A stretch of DNA of 64,000 bases from assembly GCA_965242865.1 (NCBI GenBank), contig CBDETK010000013.1, positions 1,024,001 to 1,088,000 on the forward strand. The letters run 5' to 3'. This stretch comes from Candidatus Latescibacterota bacterium. GTDB lineage: Bacteria > Latescibacterota > UBA2968 > UBA8231. Of the stretch, positions 47,142 through 57,438 are shown in pieces. How positions within the stretch are numbered: position 1 is the first letter of the stretch; each line of letters opens with the position of its first letter. The position numbers and the translations under genes were made by a program. Under the pieces are notes generated by a model that was given only the letters and a program-made list of their open reading frames with translations, did not search any database and was not told the DNA's origin.

Positions 47142-49378
47142 ACGCGCTTAAATTCAAGTGGTTTGGCTCCAGACGCCGCAGCAATCAGCCCCCATCGCGT
47201 CCGCATAGCTTGCTCGTGTTCCGCATCGCTTTGGCAGGCCTAGTCATCGGCCTGCTCACGTACCTATCGCCCTACCAGCGTCCCTACAACGTCGCCCAGC
47301 TGCGAGTCGGCAGCGTCGCTCAAGAGCGCATCGAAGCCCCCTTTCTCTTTCACGTGCCCAAGAGCGACGCCGAGTTGGAACGCGAACGACGCGCAGCAAC
47401 CGCCGAGATACCCACTATTTTGCACCGCGATCCCCTCGTTCAAGCGCAGCAACTCGCTCAGCTCGACTCGGTCTTTGCAGTGATGATCCCAAACATCCGG
47501 GTTCAGATGGCCGATTCGCTCAAGCAACGCGCCCTCCAACGCACCCTCCCTCGCGTCGTTGGGTCGCTCTCGCTCGATGCCCTTTCGACCCTCATCGACG
47601 TTCTATCCACGGCCAGCGAACCTTATGTACAGGATTTCCGCGCCATCTGTCGGCAGATTCTGGCCAATTACTATACCGCGGGCATCATTGCCTCCAAACA
47701 ACCGATCCTCCTAAGTCCTTCGGCCCAAGTCCGCCTCGGCGAGCGGGAACAGCACATAGAAACCCTGTACAGCGAAGAAAAGCTCAAACAAGGCGAATTA
47801 ATCTCGCGCATCCAAACGTATCACACGATCGCCGACCGCGACGCGGTCCAAGCGGTACACGAGCTCCTAAGCCTGTTTGTGGTGCCTAATCTGGCCATTG
47901 ACGAGCCGCAGACGGCTCGCCTCAGAGACGCGGCCCGGCGCGGCGTGGCCAGCATCAAGCGGATCTATGCCCAAGACGACCTCATCGTCGATAAGGAGAC
48001 GACCGTCACTGAAGAGCACGTCAATGCCCTCGACGCACTGGCCGCACGCATCGCCCAAGAGCAATCCCAACACCCGATCCAGCGCCTGATCCAAGTGGCT
48101 GCGGCCGCGACTATATCCGGCTTCCTGATCCTCGGCTTCGGCTACTTCCTCGCTGCGCACGAACGCGCCGTTTTTGCCCGGCCCGGCCAGCTCGTCCTCT
48201 TGGCCATTCTGACCGTTGCCACGGCCGCGGCGGCCTCCTACATCAAAACGCACGACCTCTCTCCCTACTGGGTGCCGATCCCCTTGGCCGCTATGTTGAC
48301 GGCGATCCTATTGACGCCGCAAATTGGCTTGGTGCTCTCGTTTGTGCTCGCGCTCTTTGTCGGCAACCTCTTCGCCGACTTCTACGCGGCCATAACCGGC
48401 GCTCTAACAGCGGCCATAGCCATCTATTCGGTGCGGCACGTGCGCCATCGCAATCAATTCTTCCGCCCCATGCTCCTCCTGCCGCTCTCGTACGCATTGC
48501 TCATCGCGGCGACGGACCTGTTGCGCTTCTTCCCGCTCGAACAGATATACGAGCATATCGTACCCGGCATCGTCGTTGGCGTGACCGCCCCCATCCTCAC
48601 TATGGGCTTACTGCATATTTTTGAAAGCCGCCCCTTTCACATTACCACCGACATCACCCTGCTGGAGTTGTCGGATCCGAACCGGACCTTGCTCCGCCAA
48701 TTAGCCATCCGGGCGCCGGGGACCTACACCCACAGCCTGATTATGGCCAACCTCTCCGAGAGCGCGGCCGAGGCCATTGCCGCCAATCCGCTCTTGGCCC
48801 GCGTTGGCTGTTATTACCACGATATTGGCAAGATGAACTTACCAGAGTACTTCAGCGAAAATCAGGGCTTGCAAGGCGGGCGTAACCCCCACGATCAGCT
48901 CAAGCCCTCTCTGAGCGGGAGCATCATCGCCTCGCACATCCGCGATGGGCTTGAGCTGGCCGAGGACCACGGCCTCCCCCAATCCATCTGCGACTTGATT
49001 GCCCAGCACCACGGCACTACCGTCATCGAGTACTTTTACGAGCGCGCGGTAGAGTTGGGCGACCAGAGCGTGCGCGAGGAAGATTTCAAGTACGAGGGCC
49101 CTAAGCCCCAGACCAAAGAAGCCGGCATCTTGATGTTGGCCGACTCGGTCGAAGCGGCGACCCGCACCCTCGTTGAGCGCACCCCCAGCCGGACGCACCA
49201 ATTAGTGCATAAAATTATCCAGCAGAAATTCACCGCCGGCGAACTCGACGAATGCCCACTGACCATGCGGGATTTGAACAAAATAGAGGACAGCTTCATC
49301 CGCGTACTGACGGGCGTTCTACACAGCCGGACGGAATACCCTTGGCAGAAGGCCAATCGCAAATGGAGCGCTGTCTAG
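47138..49378 (+). CDS. 7TM-HD (HDIG) phosphohydrolase, PgpH-like
   Basis: Extracytoplasmic domain, 7 TM helices, APGTYTHS, YYHDIGK and MLADSVEAA. Confidence 0.93.
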   Translation: MNALKFKWFGSRRRSNQPPSRPHSLLVFRIALAGLVIGLLTYLSPYQRPYNVAQLRVGSVAQERIEAPFLFHVPKSDAELERERRAATAEIPTILHRDPLVQAQQLAQLDSVFAVMIPNIRVQMADSLKQRALQRTLPRVVGSLSLDALSTLIDVLSTASEPYVQDFRAICRQILANYYTAGIIASKQPILLSPSAQVRLGEREQHIETLYSEEKLKQGELISRIQTYHTIADRDAVQAVHELLSLFVVPNLAIDEPQTARLRDAARRGVASIKRIYAQDDLIVDKETTVTEEHVNALDALAARIAQEQSQHPIQRLIQVAAAATISGFLILGFGYFLAAHERAVFARPGQLVLLAILTVATAAAASYIKTHDLSPYWVPIPLAAMLTAILLTPQIGLVLSFVLALFVGNLFADFYAAITGALTAAIAIYSVRHVRHRNQFFRPMLLLPLSYALLIAATDLLRFFPLEQIYEHIVPGIVVGVTAPILTMGLLHIFESRPFHITTDITLLELSDPNRTLLRQLAIRAPGTYTHSLIMANLSESAAEAIAANPLLARVGCYYHDIGKMNLPEYFSENQGLQGGRNPHDQLKPSLSGSIIASHIRDGLELAEDHGLPQSICDLIAQHHGTTVIEYFYERAVELGDQSVREEDFKYEGPKPQTKEAGILMLADSVEAATRTLVERTPSRTHQLVHKIIQQKFTAGELDECPLTMRDLNKIEDSFIRVLTGVLHSRTEYPWQKANRKWSAV

Positions 49379-49821
49379 CGAAGCCCCTTCGCATCCTCCA
49401 CGCCGCGGGCCTCGCTCCCCTGCCGGCCGACGAGCTCGCAGCCCTGCACCGGGTCGCCGCGCAGGTCGCCGGCGTCCACGCGCTGCCGGCCGCCGTCCAG
49501 CTAGTCCTCATTGACGACTGCTACATGAACGAGCTCAACGCGACCTATCGCAGCAAGCAGGGCACGACCGACGTCTTGTCTTTCGACTTGGGCACCATCC
49601 CCGGTCAGGCCAGCCGGGGCGAAGTGTACATTTCCCTGCCCCAAGCCCAGCGGCAGGCCGCGGCCCTCAGCGTCGCGCCCTTAGCGGAACTAGCCCGCCT
49701 GTTGGTTCACGGCCTGCTGCACCTAGCCGGCTGGCTGCACGACACGCCCGAGCAACTAGCCGCTATGGAGCGCGAAACCGATCGCTTTCTCGCCACCGCT
49801 TCCCTCTCCCTCTCCCTCTAA
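49363..49821 (+). CDS. ybeY: rRNA maturation RNase YbeY
   Basis: TDVLSF and HGLLHLAGWLH motifs. Confidence 0.93.
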   Translation: MERCLAKPLRILHAAGLAPLPADELAALHRVAAQVAGVHALPAAVQLVLIDDCYMNELNATYRSKQGTTDVLSFDLGTIPGQASRGEVYISLPQAQRQAAALSVAPLAELARLLVHGLLHLAGWLHDTPEQLAAMERETDRFLATASLSLSL

Positions 49822-49859
49822 GCAGCCTTGGCCGGCCGCTTTACCCGAAAGGAGCCTTT

Positions 49860-51203
49860 TTGGAACCCCCACAAGTTGACGTATCCTCGGTCGCGTACGC
49901 CGCGCTGGTCGGCGCGACCAGCCTCGTCTGGCTGTTCTTAGTAGCCAGCTATGAGGCGACCTTTGCCATTCTCTCCAAATCCGGGCTGGAAAAAATGGCC
50001 GAAAACGGCGTATCGCATGCGCGCACCATGCTTCGCATCTACGAGCCGCGCCTGCGCCTGCGCCTGATGACCCGCCTCGGCGAGACCATTGGCGTCACCG
50101 TCCTCGCCCTCGCCTTGTTCTTTCTCGTGAAGGCCCTCCTACAGCCATACGCCCCATCCGCCCTTTCGAGCTATCTCCCGGCGGCAGTGGCCTTAGTGGG
50201 AGCACTAGGGCTTTTCATGATCGTGGCGACGCCCCGCCGCATTCGCTTTGACGAAGAGGGCGACGAAGGGCGCATACCCGTCCTCGCCTTGGCCTACGCG
50301 CCGGTCCACCCCCTGCTCCTCCCCTTGACCAACCTCCTCGAACTCCTCAACAACCTCGATTACAGCGACGAGGACTTTCGCGCTGAAAAGGAGGAGGAGC
50401 TGCGGAGCATCGTCGAGTCAGAAGGCGAGTCTGGCGTTTTGGAAGAAGGCGAGCGCGAGATGATTGAGAGCGTCTTTGGCTTCCACGACCGCATCGTCCG
50501 CGAGGTCATGGTCCCGCGCGTCGACATGGTCGCCATCGAACAATCGGCCTCCCTGCAAAATTTGCTCGATCTCATTCGGGATAAGGGGCACTCGCGCCTG
50601 CCCATCTACCGGGAAAGCCTCGACCACATCCAAGGGCTGATTTACGCCAAAGACCTGCTGCATATCTTGGTGTCCCGGCCCGAAGTCGATCGGGCGACGC
50701 CCATAAACCAACTGCTGACCAGCCGGCAAGAGGGCGACCTGCGCTTTACCCACGAGCCTTATTACATCCCCGAGACCAAGAAAATCGACGTCCTGCTCAA
50801 CGACCTGCGAGCCAACAAAATTCGCCTCGCCATCGTCCTCGACGAATACGGCGGCACGGCGGGCTTGGTGACCACCGAGGACCTCGTCGAGGAAATCGTC
50901 GGGGAGCTGCAAGACGAGTACGACGAGGAAGAGGAGTTGCACCATTGGCAGGTCCCCGACGAGGTGCTCATCGCCAATGCCCGCATCGACATCGACGATC
51001 TCAACCAGTTGCTTTCCACGGACCTGCCCCGGGCCGGCTTTGAAACTCTCGGCGGATTTATCTATGACCACTTGGGGAGCATCCCCGCGGAGGGCTTAGT
51101 CTTTACGGTCGATCACCTCGATCTAGAGCTCGGCATCCTCAAGATCGAGGGCCAGCGCATCGCCCAAGTCAAACTCCGGCGCTTGGTCCCGGTCACCCAC
51201 TAA
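49860..51203 (+). CDS. HlyC/CorC (CNNM-CBS-CorC) family protein
   Basis: VREVMVPR, GHSRLP and DEYGGTAGLVTTEDLVEEIVGE motifs. Confidence 0.93.
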   Translation: MEPPQVDVSSVAYAALVGATSLVWLFLVASYEATFAILSKSGLEKMAENGVSHARTMLRIYEPRLRLRLMTRLGETIGVTVLALALFFLVKALLQPYAPSALSSYLPAAVALVGALGLFMIVATPRRIRFDEEGDEGRIPVLALAYAPVHPLLLPLTNLLELLNNLDYSDEDFRAEKEEELRSIVESEGESGVLEEGEREMIESVFGFHDRIVREVMVPRVDMVAIEQSASLQNLLDLIRDKGHSRLPIYRESLDHIQGLIYAKDLLHILVSRPEVDRATPINQLLTSRQEGDLRFTHEPYYIPETKKIDVLLNDLRANKIRLAIVLDEYGGTAGLVTTEDLVEEIVGELQDEYDEEEELHHWQVPDEVLIANARIDIDDLNQLLSTDLPRAGFETLGGFIYDHLGSIPAEGLVFTVDHLDLELGILKIEGQRIAQVKLRRLVPVTH

Positions 51204-51260
51204 GAGGGTTGCGCCCATCTGCCCCATCCTTTAGATTAGTAGTTATAATACATAGCTTGT

Positions 51261-51337
<77 letters not shown>

Positions 51338-51376
51338 CCTTTCAGGGAGCCGCCCGCGGCTCCCTGATTTCTTTCT

Positions 51377-51703
51377 ATGCCTATCTACAACAAGGTTCCC
51401 GACCATCCCACCGACGCCCCGGCCGAGCGCATCCGCCTCGACGAGCGCTTCGTATCCTTGCTCGTCGCCGAAGACGCCCAAGCCCGCCTCGAAGCCCAAG
51501 AGCTGCGCCAGCTCGTCCATCGCGCCCTCCAATCCCTTTCCGACGACGAGATGCGCGTCATTCAGCTCCGCTATCAGCACAAGAAATCGCTCGGCCAAGT
51601 CGCGGCACGCCTCGGCCTTGGCCGCGATGCAATCGCCGCGCTCGAACAGAGCGGGTTAGAAAAATTGCGCCAAGGGCTCGAGGATTGGCACCGAGGCGTC
51701 TGA
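51377..51703 (+). CDS. Stand-alone sigma-70 region 4 (HTH) protein
   Basis: ALQSLSDDEMRVIQLRY...SLGQVAARLGL...LEQSGLEKLR. Confidence 0.75.
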   Translation: MPIYNKVPDHPTDAPAERIRLDERFVSLLVAEDAQARLEAQELRQLVHRALQSLSDDEMRVIQLRYQHKKSLGQVAARLGLGRDAIAALEQSGLEKLRQGLEDWHRGV

Positions 51704-51704
51704 A

Positions 51705-53276
51705 TTGCAGCAGCGGCTTTTTCCCCTGCTGGCCTCGGCCCTCCTGTCGGGCCTGCTCTTCGTAGTTAGCATCCCCAAATTCGATCAGTACTACCTCGCT
51801 TGGATTTGCCTGCTGCCGCTCTTTTTGGCTCGGCACTGGCTGCCCGCCCCAAGCCACTTTGCCCTCGGGCTGGTCGCGGGCCTCGTCTGGGCGACCGGGC
51901 GCACGTACTGGATCACCGAGACCCTGCAATTGTACGGCTCGCTGTCCTCGGCGGCCGCCGGGGCGACTAATGCGCTGCTCATCTCGTACATGGCCTTGTA
52001 TCTGGCCTGCTTTGTCGCGGTGTGCCGCCGCCTAAACTTTTCCTCCCCGCTCTTTGCGTGGTCGGCCGCCGGCGTCTGGGTCCTTTTAGAGTGGGTGCAA
52101 AACTGGATGTTGAGCGGCTTTCCTTGGCAGCTTTTGGGCTACTCCCAGTACCTCAACCTGCCCCTCCTCCAATGGGCGGCCATAACCGGGGTCTATGGCC
52201 TCAGTTTCCTCATCGTCCTATTCAACGCCGCACTGGCCCAAGCCCTCTCGCACCGCGCCTTCCTCCCCTATCTGGGCCTGCCCCTCGTCCTGCTGGTCGC
52301 CGTTTATCTATGGGGCCTTTATCGGCTGCACGACGAGCCGGACCGGCCGCCAGCGACCCTGAAGGTCGGCGTCGTCCAAGGCAATATCCCCCAAGGCCGC
52401 AAGTGGCAGGAGGATCGGCTGGCTTGGACCACTCGGCACTACGCCGCGCTCACCCGGGACTTGGCCGCGGCCGAAAAACCAGCGCTGATCATCTATCCCG
52501 AGACGGCCCTGCCGCTCTATTTTGGCGACCCTTTGTACGCGGCCTATGTCGATTCGATAACCGCCCTAGCGCCCGCACTAGATACGCCCATGTTGGTCGG
52601 CAGCCTCAAGGGGGATTCGCAAAACCGCACGGCGCCGATCTACAACCGGGCCTTCCTGCTCAATGCTCAAGGGGAAGTCGTGGATTACGCCGACAAGGTC
52701 CACTTGGTGCCTTTTGGCGAGTTTCTACCCTTTCCATCCATCTTTCACTATTTGGGCGGGCTTACGGCAGAAAGCGGCATCTTCGCCCCCGGAGCAAGGC
52801 ACAAAGCCCTGCGGCTTCCGCGCAGCGACACTTCATTCGGGGTCTTTATTTGCTACGAGTCCATCTTCCCGGAAATCACCCGCGCCCTGATGGCCCAAGA
52901 GCCTGACTTTCTGGTCAACACCACCAACGACGCTTGGTTTGGCACCACCGCGGCCCCGCATCAGCACTTTGCCCAAGCGGTCCTGCGGGCCGTAGAAAGC
53001 GGGCGGGCCGTAGTCCGCGCCGCCAATACCGGCATTTCCGGCTTAATCGAACCGAGCGGGCGCATTGCCCATCGCACGCCGCTTTTTGCCACTGTGGGCT
53101 TTGCCCTAGACGTGCCCCTGCACCAAGGCCAGACGATCTACACGCGCTGCGGGGACTGGCCGCTCATGCTCTGCGCCCTCGCGCTAACGCTGGCCGTGGC
53201 CCTTAGATCTGGGTACGTTCGACATTGGCGCCGTGTCCTCGCATGGTGGGGACTAGGTTATGTGACGTTTGGCTGA
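51705..53276 (+). CDS. lnt: Apolipoprotein N-acyltransferase
   Basis: GFPW, VQGNI, YPETA, KVHLVPFGE, ICYE, TNDAWFG and RAANTGIS motifs. Confidence 0.95.
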   Translation: MQQRLFPLLASALLSGLLFVVSIPKFDQYYLAWICLLPLFLARHWLPAPSHFALGLVAGLVWATGRTYWITETLQLYGSLSSAAAGATNALLISYMALYLACFVAVCRRLNFSSPLFAWSAAGVWVLLEWVQNWMLSGFPWQLLGYSQYLNLPLLQWAAITGVYGLSFLIVLFNAALAQALSHRAFLPYLGLPLVLLVAVYLWGLYRLHDEPDRPPATLKVGVVQGNIPQGRKWQEDRLAWTTRHYAALTRDLAAAEKPALIIYPETALPLYFGDPLYAAYVDSITALAPALDTPMLVGSLKGDSQNRTAPIYNRAFLLNAQGEVVDYADKVHLVPFGEFLPFPSIFHYLGGLTAESGIFAPGARHKALRLPRSDTSFGVFICYESIFPEITRALMAQEPDFLVNTTNDAWFGTTAAPHQHFAQAVLRAVESGRAVVRAANTGISGLIEPSGRIAHRTPLFATVGFALDVPLHQGQTIYTRCGDWPLMLCALALTLAVALRSGYVRHWRRVLAWWGLGYVTFG

Positions 53277-54795
53277 GGGGATTGAATGTCAGATCTATCG
53301 ATACGAGCGCGCCTTGAGCCTGAGCTATGGGGAGCAACGGACTTATATCCACAATCCGGTTGGTGGTTAGCGACAGATTAGTCAAGCTGGTTAGGCTGCC
53401 CAACGCACTCACATTCACAATCCGGTTGGTGTGTAGATTCAGGGTTGTCAGATTGGTTAGGTTGCCCAACGCACTCACATTCACAATCCGGTTGTTGCGT
53501 AGGCTCAGGTATGTCAGATTAGTTAGGCTGCCCAACGCACTCACATTCACAATCTGGTTGTCGCGTAGGCTCAGGTATGTCAGATTAGTTAGGCTGCCCA
53601 ACGCACTCACATTCACAATCTGGTTGTCGCGTAGGCTCAGGTATGTCAGATTAGTTAGGTTGCCCAACGCACTCACACTCGTAATCGAGTTGCCCCTCAG
53701 CTCCAGCCTTGTCAGACTGGTTAGGTTAGCCAGCGGCCTCAAGTCCGTAATCGAGTTGTTCCACCCTAGCTCCAGCGTCTCCAGTGCTGTCGCGTGTTCG
53801 AGGCCGGTCAAGTCCGCAATGCTTCGACTGTTCGCTCGGAGTAAGGTCAGAGAAGCCAGATCCGCCGGGGTAATATCCCTAGGCGGGCAACCATCCGTGG
53901 GGCAAACTGTCCACCGCACCGCAAGCTCCAGATTGGCGTCGGGGATGAGTTTTTGTTCCGGTTCTTCTGGATAGACTTGGGCGGTTTCGACGCGGGGGTA
54001 TTTTTCTAGTACCGCTACGACGCGGAGGCCGCTTGTTATCGCGGCGGCGAGTTGTTGGTTGGCCGCGTGCTGGCTAAGGGCGTTTTCCATCACGCCCAGC
54101 CATTGCAGGTTCGTCAGGCTGGCCAAGGGACTGACATCCGCAATGTCGTTGTCTCCTAGCTGGATCCATTGCAGGTTCGTTAGGCGAGCTAACGGACTCA
54201 CGTCGGTAATCGCGTTGCCCCACATATCCAGCGTGCGCAAGCGGATCAGGCTGGCCAGCGGACTCGCATCCGCCACCTTGTTCCCCCACAGCGACAACGT
54301 TTGAAGGTTGGTCAAGCGGGCCAACGGCTGCACATCGGTAATCGCGTTGCCCCGCAGATACAGCGTGTGCAGGGCCGTTGCGTGTTCAAGGCCGGCCACG
54401 CTCTCAATGTTTTTATAGCTCGCGTCGAGTTCGGTTAGGGCCGCCAAATCTGCCGGGGTCAGCGGCCCTGACGGGCGGTCCAACGCCTCCCGCACCGCTC
54501 GCTCCAAATTGGCGTCGGCGAACTCCACGGTCGCCGATTGAGTGCTATCGGCGTCAGCGTCGGTCTGGGTGCTATCGGCTTCGGCGTCGGTCTGGGTGGT
54601 GTCGGGGCTTTCGGGGGCGGGCAGCCCGTCGGTAGCGGTGTAGGTATCGTCGCCCAAGAATTCGCACAAGGAACAGGTGGCTTTGCCCGCCGGCCGAGAG
54701 GCGACCGGCGCGGAGTCTGAGCAGCCGATCCAAGTGCTGACGATGCCCAAAAGGACGAACCCAAGCAGGGTTTTTATCGATTTCAACGAAAGCAT
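53203..54795 (-). CDS. Internalin-like LRR lipoprotein with two LRR blocks
   Basis: Lipobox WIGC, two N-caps (FADANLERAV and IPDANLELAV), 22-aa repeats; AAGGAG SD. Confidence 0.92.
   Translation of the reverse strand: MLSLKSIKTLLGFVLLGIVSTWIGCSDSAPVASRPAGKATCSLCEFLGDDTYTATDGLPAPESPDTTQTDAEADSTQTDADADSTQSATVEFADANLERAVREALDRPSGPLTPADLAALTELDASYKNIESVAGLEHATALHTLYLRGNAITDVQPLARLTNLQTLSLWGNKVADASPLASLIRLRTLDMWGNAITDVSPLARLTNLQWIQLGDNDIADVSPLASLTNLQWLGVMENALSQHAANQQLAAAITSGLRVVAVLEKYPRVETAQVYPEEPEQKLIPDANLELAVRWTVCPTDGCPPRDITPADLASLTLLRANSRSIADLTGLEHATALETLELGWNNSITDLRPLANLTSLTRLELRGNSITSVSALGNLTNLTYLSLRDNQIVNVSALGSLTNLTYLSLRDNQIVNVSALGSLTNLTYLSLRNNRIVNVSALGNLTNLTTLNLHTNRIVNVSALGSLTSLTNLSLTTNRIVDISPLLPIAQAQGALVSIDLTFNPLSQTSHNLVPTMRGHGANVERTQI
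53390..53678. repeat. 66-bp tandem repeats encoding LRR units
   Basis: TGCCCAACGCACTCACA recurs at 53397, 53463, 53529, 53595 and 53661. Confidence 0.9.
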
Positions 54796-55326
54796 TTTTT
54801 GCTCCTTTGTATGGATATGGTGTGGAAACAGGAAGAGAGGCATGACGCACCCAAAGAGGCAGAGCTAGCCCTAGGGCTGTGCTTGGAGCACTCAGAACGC
54901 GCCTCTTGCTGTGGGTGCGCCTTTGCTGGTGTTCTGGCGGCGTCCGGGGCGAGGAGATTCCGCCCTCGGTTTTTGGCAGACAGCTTGCGGGGGTGGTGCC
55001 GTAAACGGGGACCAGCATAAAGGCCGCACGGCAGCGTGCGCTTGGGGCCACGCGGCCAGATCGACGCGCCGCCCAATGGCCGCGCACGAGCCGTCGGCCG
55101 ATGCTGAGAAGTAGAGAGTGTAGTGCTTGGTGCTAGCGGAGAATTTTCGGGGGGGTGGGGGTGGGGGTTAAGTCGTTGTTTTTCAAGTACTTACGACACA
55201 TTAAATTTGACGATGAATCCAAGCACTCAACAGGGTTTTGCCCCATAGCAAGGCCCCTGCCTGATGTGAAATGCTTAACCATCGTCTCGTTCATTACGTC
55301 AACCGATCGTGCCAAATTTGCCGCTG

Positions 55327-55431
55327 TAACGGGCAGGCACGGGGGCCTGCCCCAACGCCTATAATTCTAACGGGCAGGCACGGGGGCCTGCCCCAACGAA
55401 ATTCTAACGGGCAGGCACGGGGGGCCGCCCC
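55327..55431. repeat. Three tandem REP-like palindromes
   Basis: TAACGGGCAGGCACGGGGGCCTGCCCCAACG twice plus a degenerate third copy; GGGCAGGC/GCCTGCCC stem. Confidence 0.85.
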
Positions 55432-55534
55432 TGATTTAGGTTCTTTGCCGTCGTTAAATAAAAGCCTAAACACAGAAGCCGCAACCTTGCTTACTTCTAA
55501 GGCCCCAAGGTGGGTTTGCGGAGTAGACCGCTTC

Positions 55535-56320
55535 TTAGGCATTGCGACTGAACACCACCGGGCAATGCGTCGGGTCGTCGATAAAGGCCGTTAGGCCCTC
55601 CCGCTTGTCACCCACCGGGCGCGACCGCTCGGTGCGCAGGTGAACGGCCAAGCTGCGCCGCGGTCTCGTCGAGGAATTGGGGCCGCTGCCGTGTAGCGTC
55701 AGGCAGTGGTGAAAGCTCACGCCCCCTTTGGGCAGGGTCGCGGCTACTTCCACCCATTCGCCGTTAGCCTGCGCGACCAACTCGCGCTTCTGTTGGGCTA
55801 GGTCTTGGCCGAAGAAATCGCTGCCCGGCAGCAATCCCCACTGATGCGAGCCGCGCACAAAGCGCATCGGCCCGTCCGCAGAGCCGACCTCGCTCAAGGC
55901 GATCCACGCCGTAAACAACTCGCTGCCCTCTTCCCAAGCTCCCCAGTAGTTGCGGTCCTGATGCCATCCCACGTTGGCGTCTCCGCTCCCCGGCGGCTTG
56001 TACAGCAACTGCACCCACCAGACTTGGACCCACTCGGCCCCACAGACTTGAGCGGCCAACGCCCCAAGGGCCGGATGCTTGATCAGGTCCATAATCGCCC
56101 GATTGGCGATTTGGGGCTTTTCAATTTTGCACAATCGCGTCGGGTCGTCGCCCGGCTGCCACGCCGAGGGACGGGGCGGCACCCCGGTATCGTACTCGCC
56201 CCGCCGCACCGCATCCATGCCGGCCACCGCACGATCGACCGCGTCTAAGGGCCACAAGGCGGCCGCGTGGATGTAAAACCCATCCCGCCGATACGCTGCT
56301 TCGGAAGTTGCGCTCATCAT
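55535..56320 (-). CDS. Phytanoyl-CoA dioxygenase (PhyH) family protein
   Basis: WHQD...FTAWIAL...GSH...HGSGPN motifs. Confidence 0.92.
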   Translation of the reverse strand: MMSATSEAAYRRDGFYIHAAALWPLDAVDRAVAGMDAVRRGEYDTGVPPRPSAWQPGDDPTRLCKIEKPQIANRAIMDLIKHPALGALAAQVCGAEWVQVWWVQLLYKPPGSGDANVGWHQDRNYWGAWEEGSELFTAWIALSEVGSADGPMRFVRGSHQWGLLPGSDFFGQDLAQQKRELVAQANGEWVEVAATLPKGGVSFHHCLTLHGSGPNSSTRPRRSLAVHLRTERSRPVGDKREGLTAFIDDPTHCPVVFSRNA

Positions 56321-56331
56321 GGCCGGCCCTC

Positions 56332-57438
56332 CTAAGCCGGACAAGCGGGAATATCGACCCACCGCCGCTCGGCCGCGGCTTGGAGAATGGCGTCGGCCAC
56401 GGCCTGCGCCCGCATCCCGTGATAAAACGAGGGCACGCAATCGCGCCCTTCGCGGATGGCACTGACAAATTCCCACGCTTGGTCGTAGCGAAAGGTCTGC
56501 ACAGGATCGCCGACCGCGGGATCGCGCGGCGCATTGGGCCGCTTGAGAAATTCTGCCGGCACGGGTCGGTGCTGATAGGGTTCGTCGCGGGGCGCGAACA
56601 GCACCTCGTGCGGCGCGTGCAAGCGATAGACGACCGAGGCGTCTTCCCCGTTGAGTTCGGCCAAGTCGTGGTCGCCCGTTGGGCCGTAGCCCTTGCTCAG
56701 CTTGCCCATCTCAAAGACGCCCGTGGCCCCGCTTTTGAACTCGGCGATCCACGCGATCCAATCCTCCACATCCTGCGGTGGGCACGGCTGGCCAGCGCGG
56801 GTCTGATCCCGCGGCACCACCTGCTTGGCCGCGCTGCACACCGCCGCTATCGGCCCCAGCAAATCCTCGGCAAAATCAATGCGGTGAATGCCCATATCGC
56901 CCAGCTCGCCCGACCCGGCGTAGCGCTGGTATTGCCGCCAGCCAATGGCCCGCTCTCCCCAGTCTTGCAGGCGCTGGAAACGGGCGTGGCGGATCGGCCC
57001 GAGCACCCCGGTCTGCACCAAGTGGCGGATGTAGTTCATGGCGGGCACAAAGCGATAGGTAAAAGCCGTCATGTGGCGTCGCCCCGACGCCTTGCCCCGC
57101 TCGTAGATCGCCCGAGTTTGGGCCAAATCCATGCCTAGCGGCTTCTCGCATAGCACGTGGCAGCCCGCGTCTAAGGCTTGGACGATCAGCTCGCAGTGAT
57201 AGACGTTGGGCACGGCGATGCAGACCGCATCCGGGGCGACCGCCTCTAAGAGCGCGTCCAGCCGGTCAAAGGCAGCGGCAATGCCCCACTCCGCTTGCCG
57301 CTTGTGCCGCAACGTCTCGTTAGGCTCGCAGATGCCAGCCATTTCGACCCCGGGGATCAGCCGCAGCCCGGGGTAGTGGACCCCCGCACAGACGCCGCCA
57401 GTGCCCACCAACCCCACGCGCAGTGCCTCTTGGTTCAT
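56332..57438 (-). CDS. Gfo/Idh/MocA family oxidoreductase
   Basis: GLVGTG, HVLCEKP and GDMGIHRID motifs. Confidence 0.92.
   Translation of the reverse strand: MNQEALRVGLVGTGGVCAGVHYPGLRLIPGVEMAGICEPNETLRHKRQAEWGIAAAFDRLDALLEAVAPDAVCIAVPNVYHCELIVQALDAGCHVLCEKPLGMDLAQTRAIYERGKASGRRHMTAFTYRFVPAMNYIRHLVQTGVLGPIRHARFQRLQDWGERAIGWRQYQRYAGSGELGDMGIHRIDFAEDLLGPIAAVCSAAKQVVPRDQTRAGQPCPPQDVEDWIAWIAEFKSGATGVFEMGKLSKGYGPTGDHDLAELNGEDASVVYRLHAPHEVLFAPRDEPYQHRPVPAEFLKRPNAPRDPAVGDPVQTFRYDQAWEFVSAIREGRDCVPSFYHGMRAQAVADAILQAAAERRWVDIPACPA

Noticed and set aside
55327-55431. Possible CRISPR array
   Set aside because: Spacers between the 31-bp units are only about 6-10 nt and similar to each other, and no cas genes are present; it fits REP repeats.
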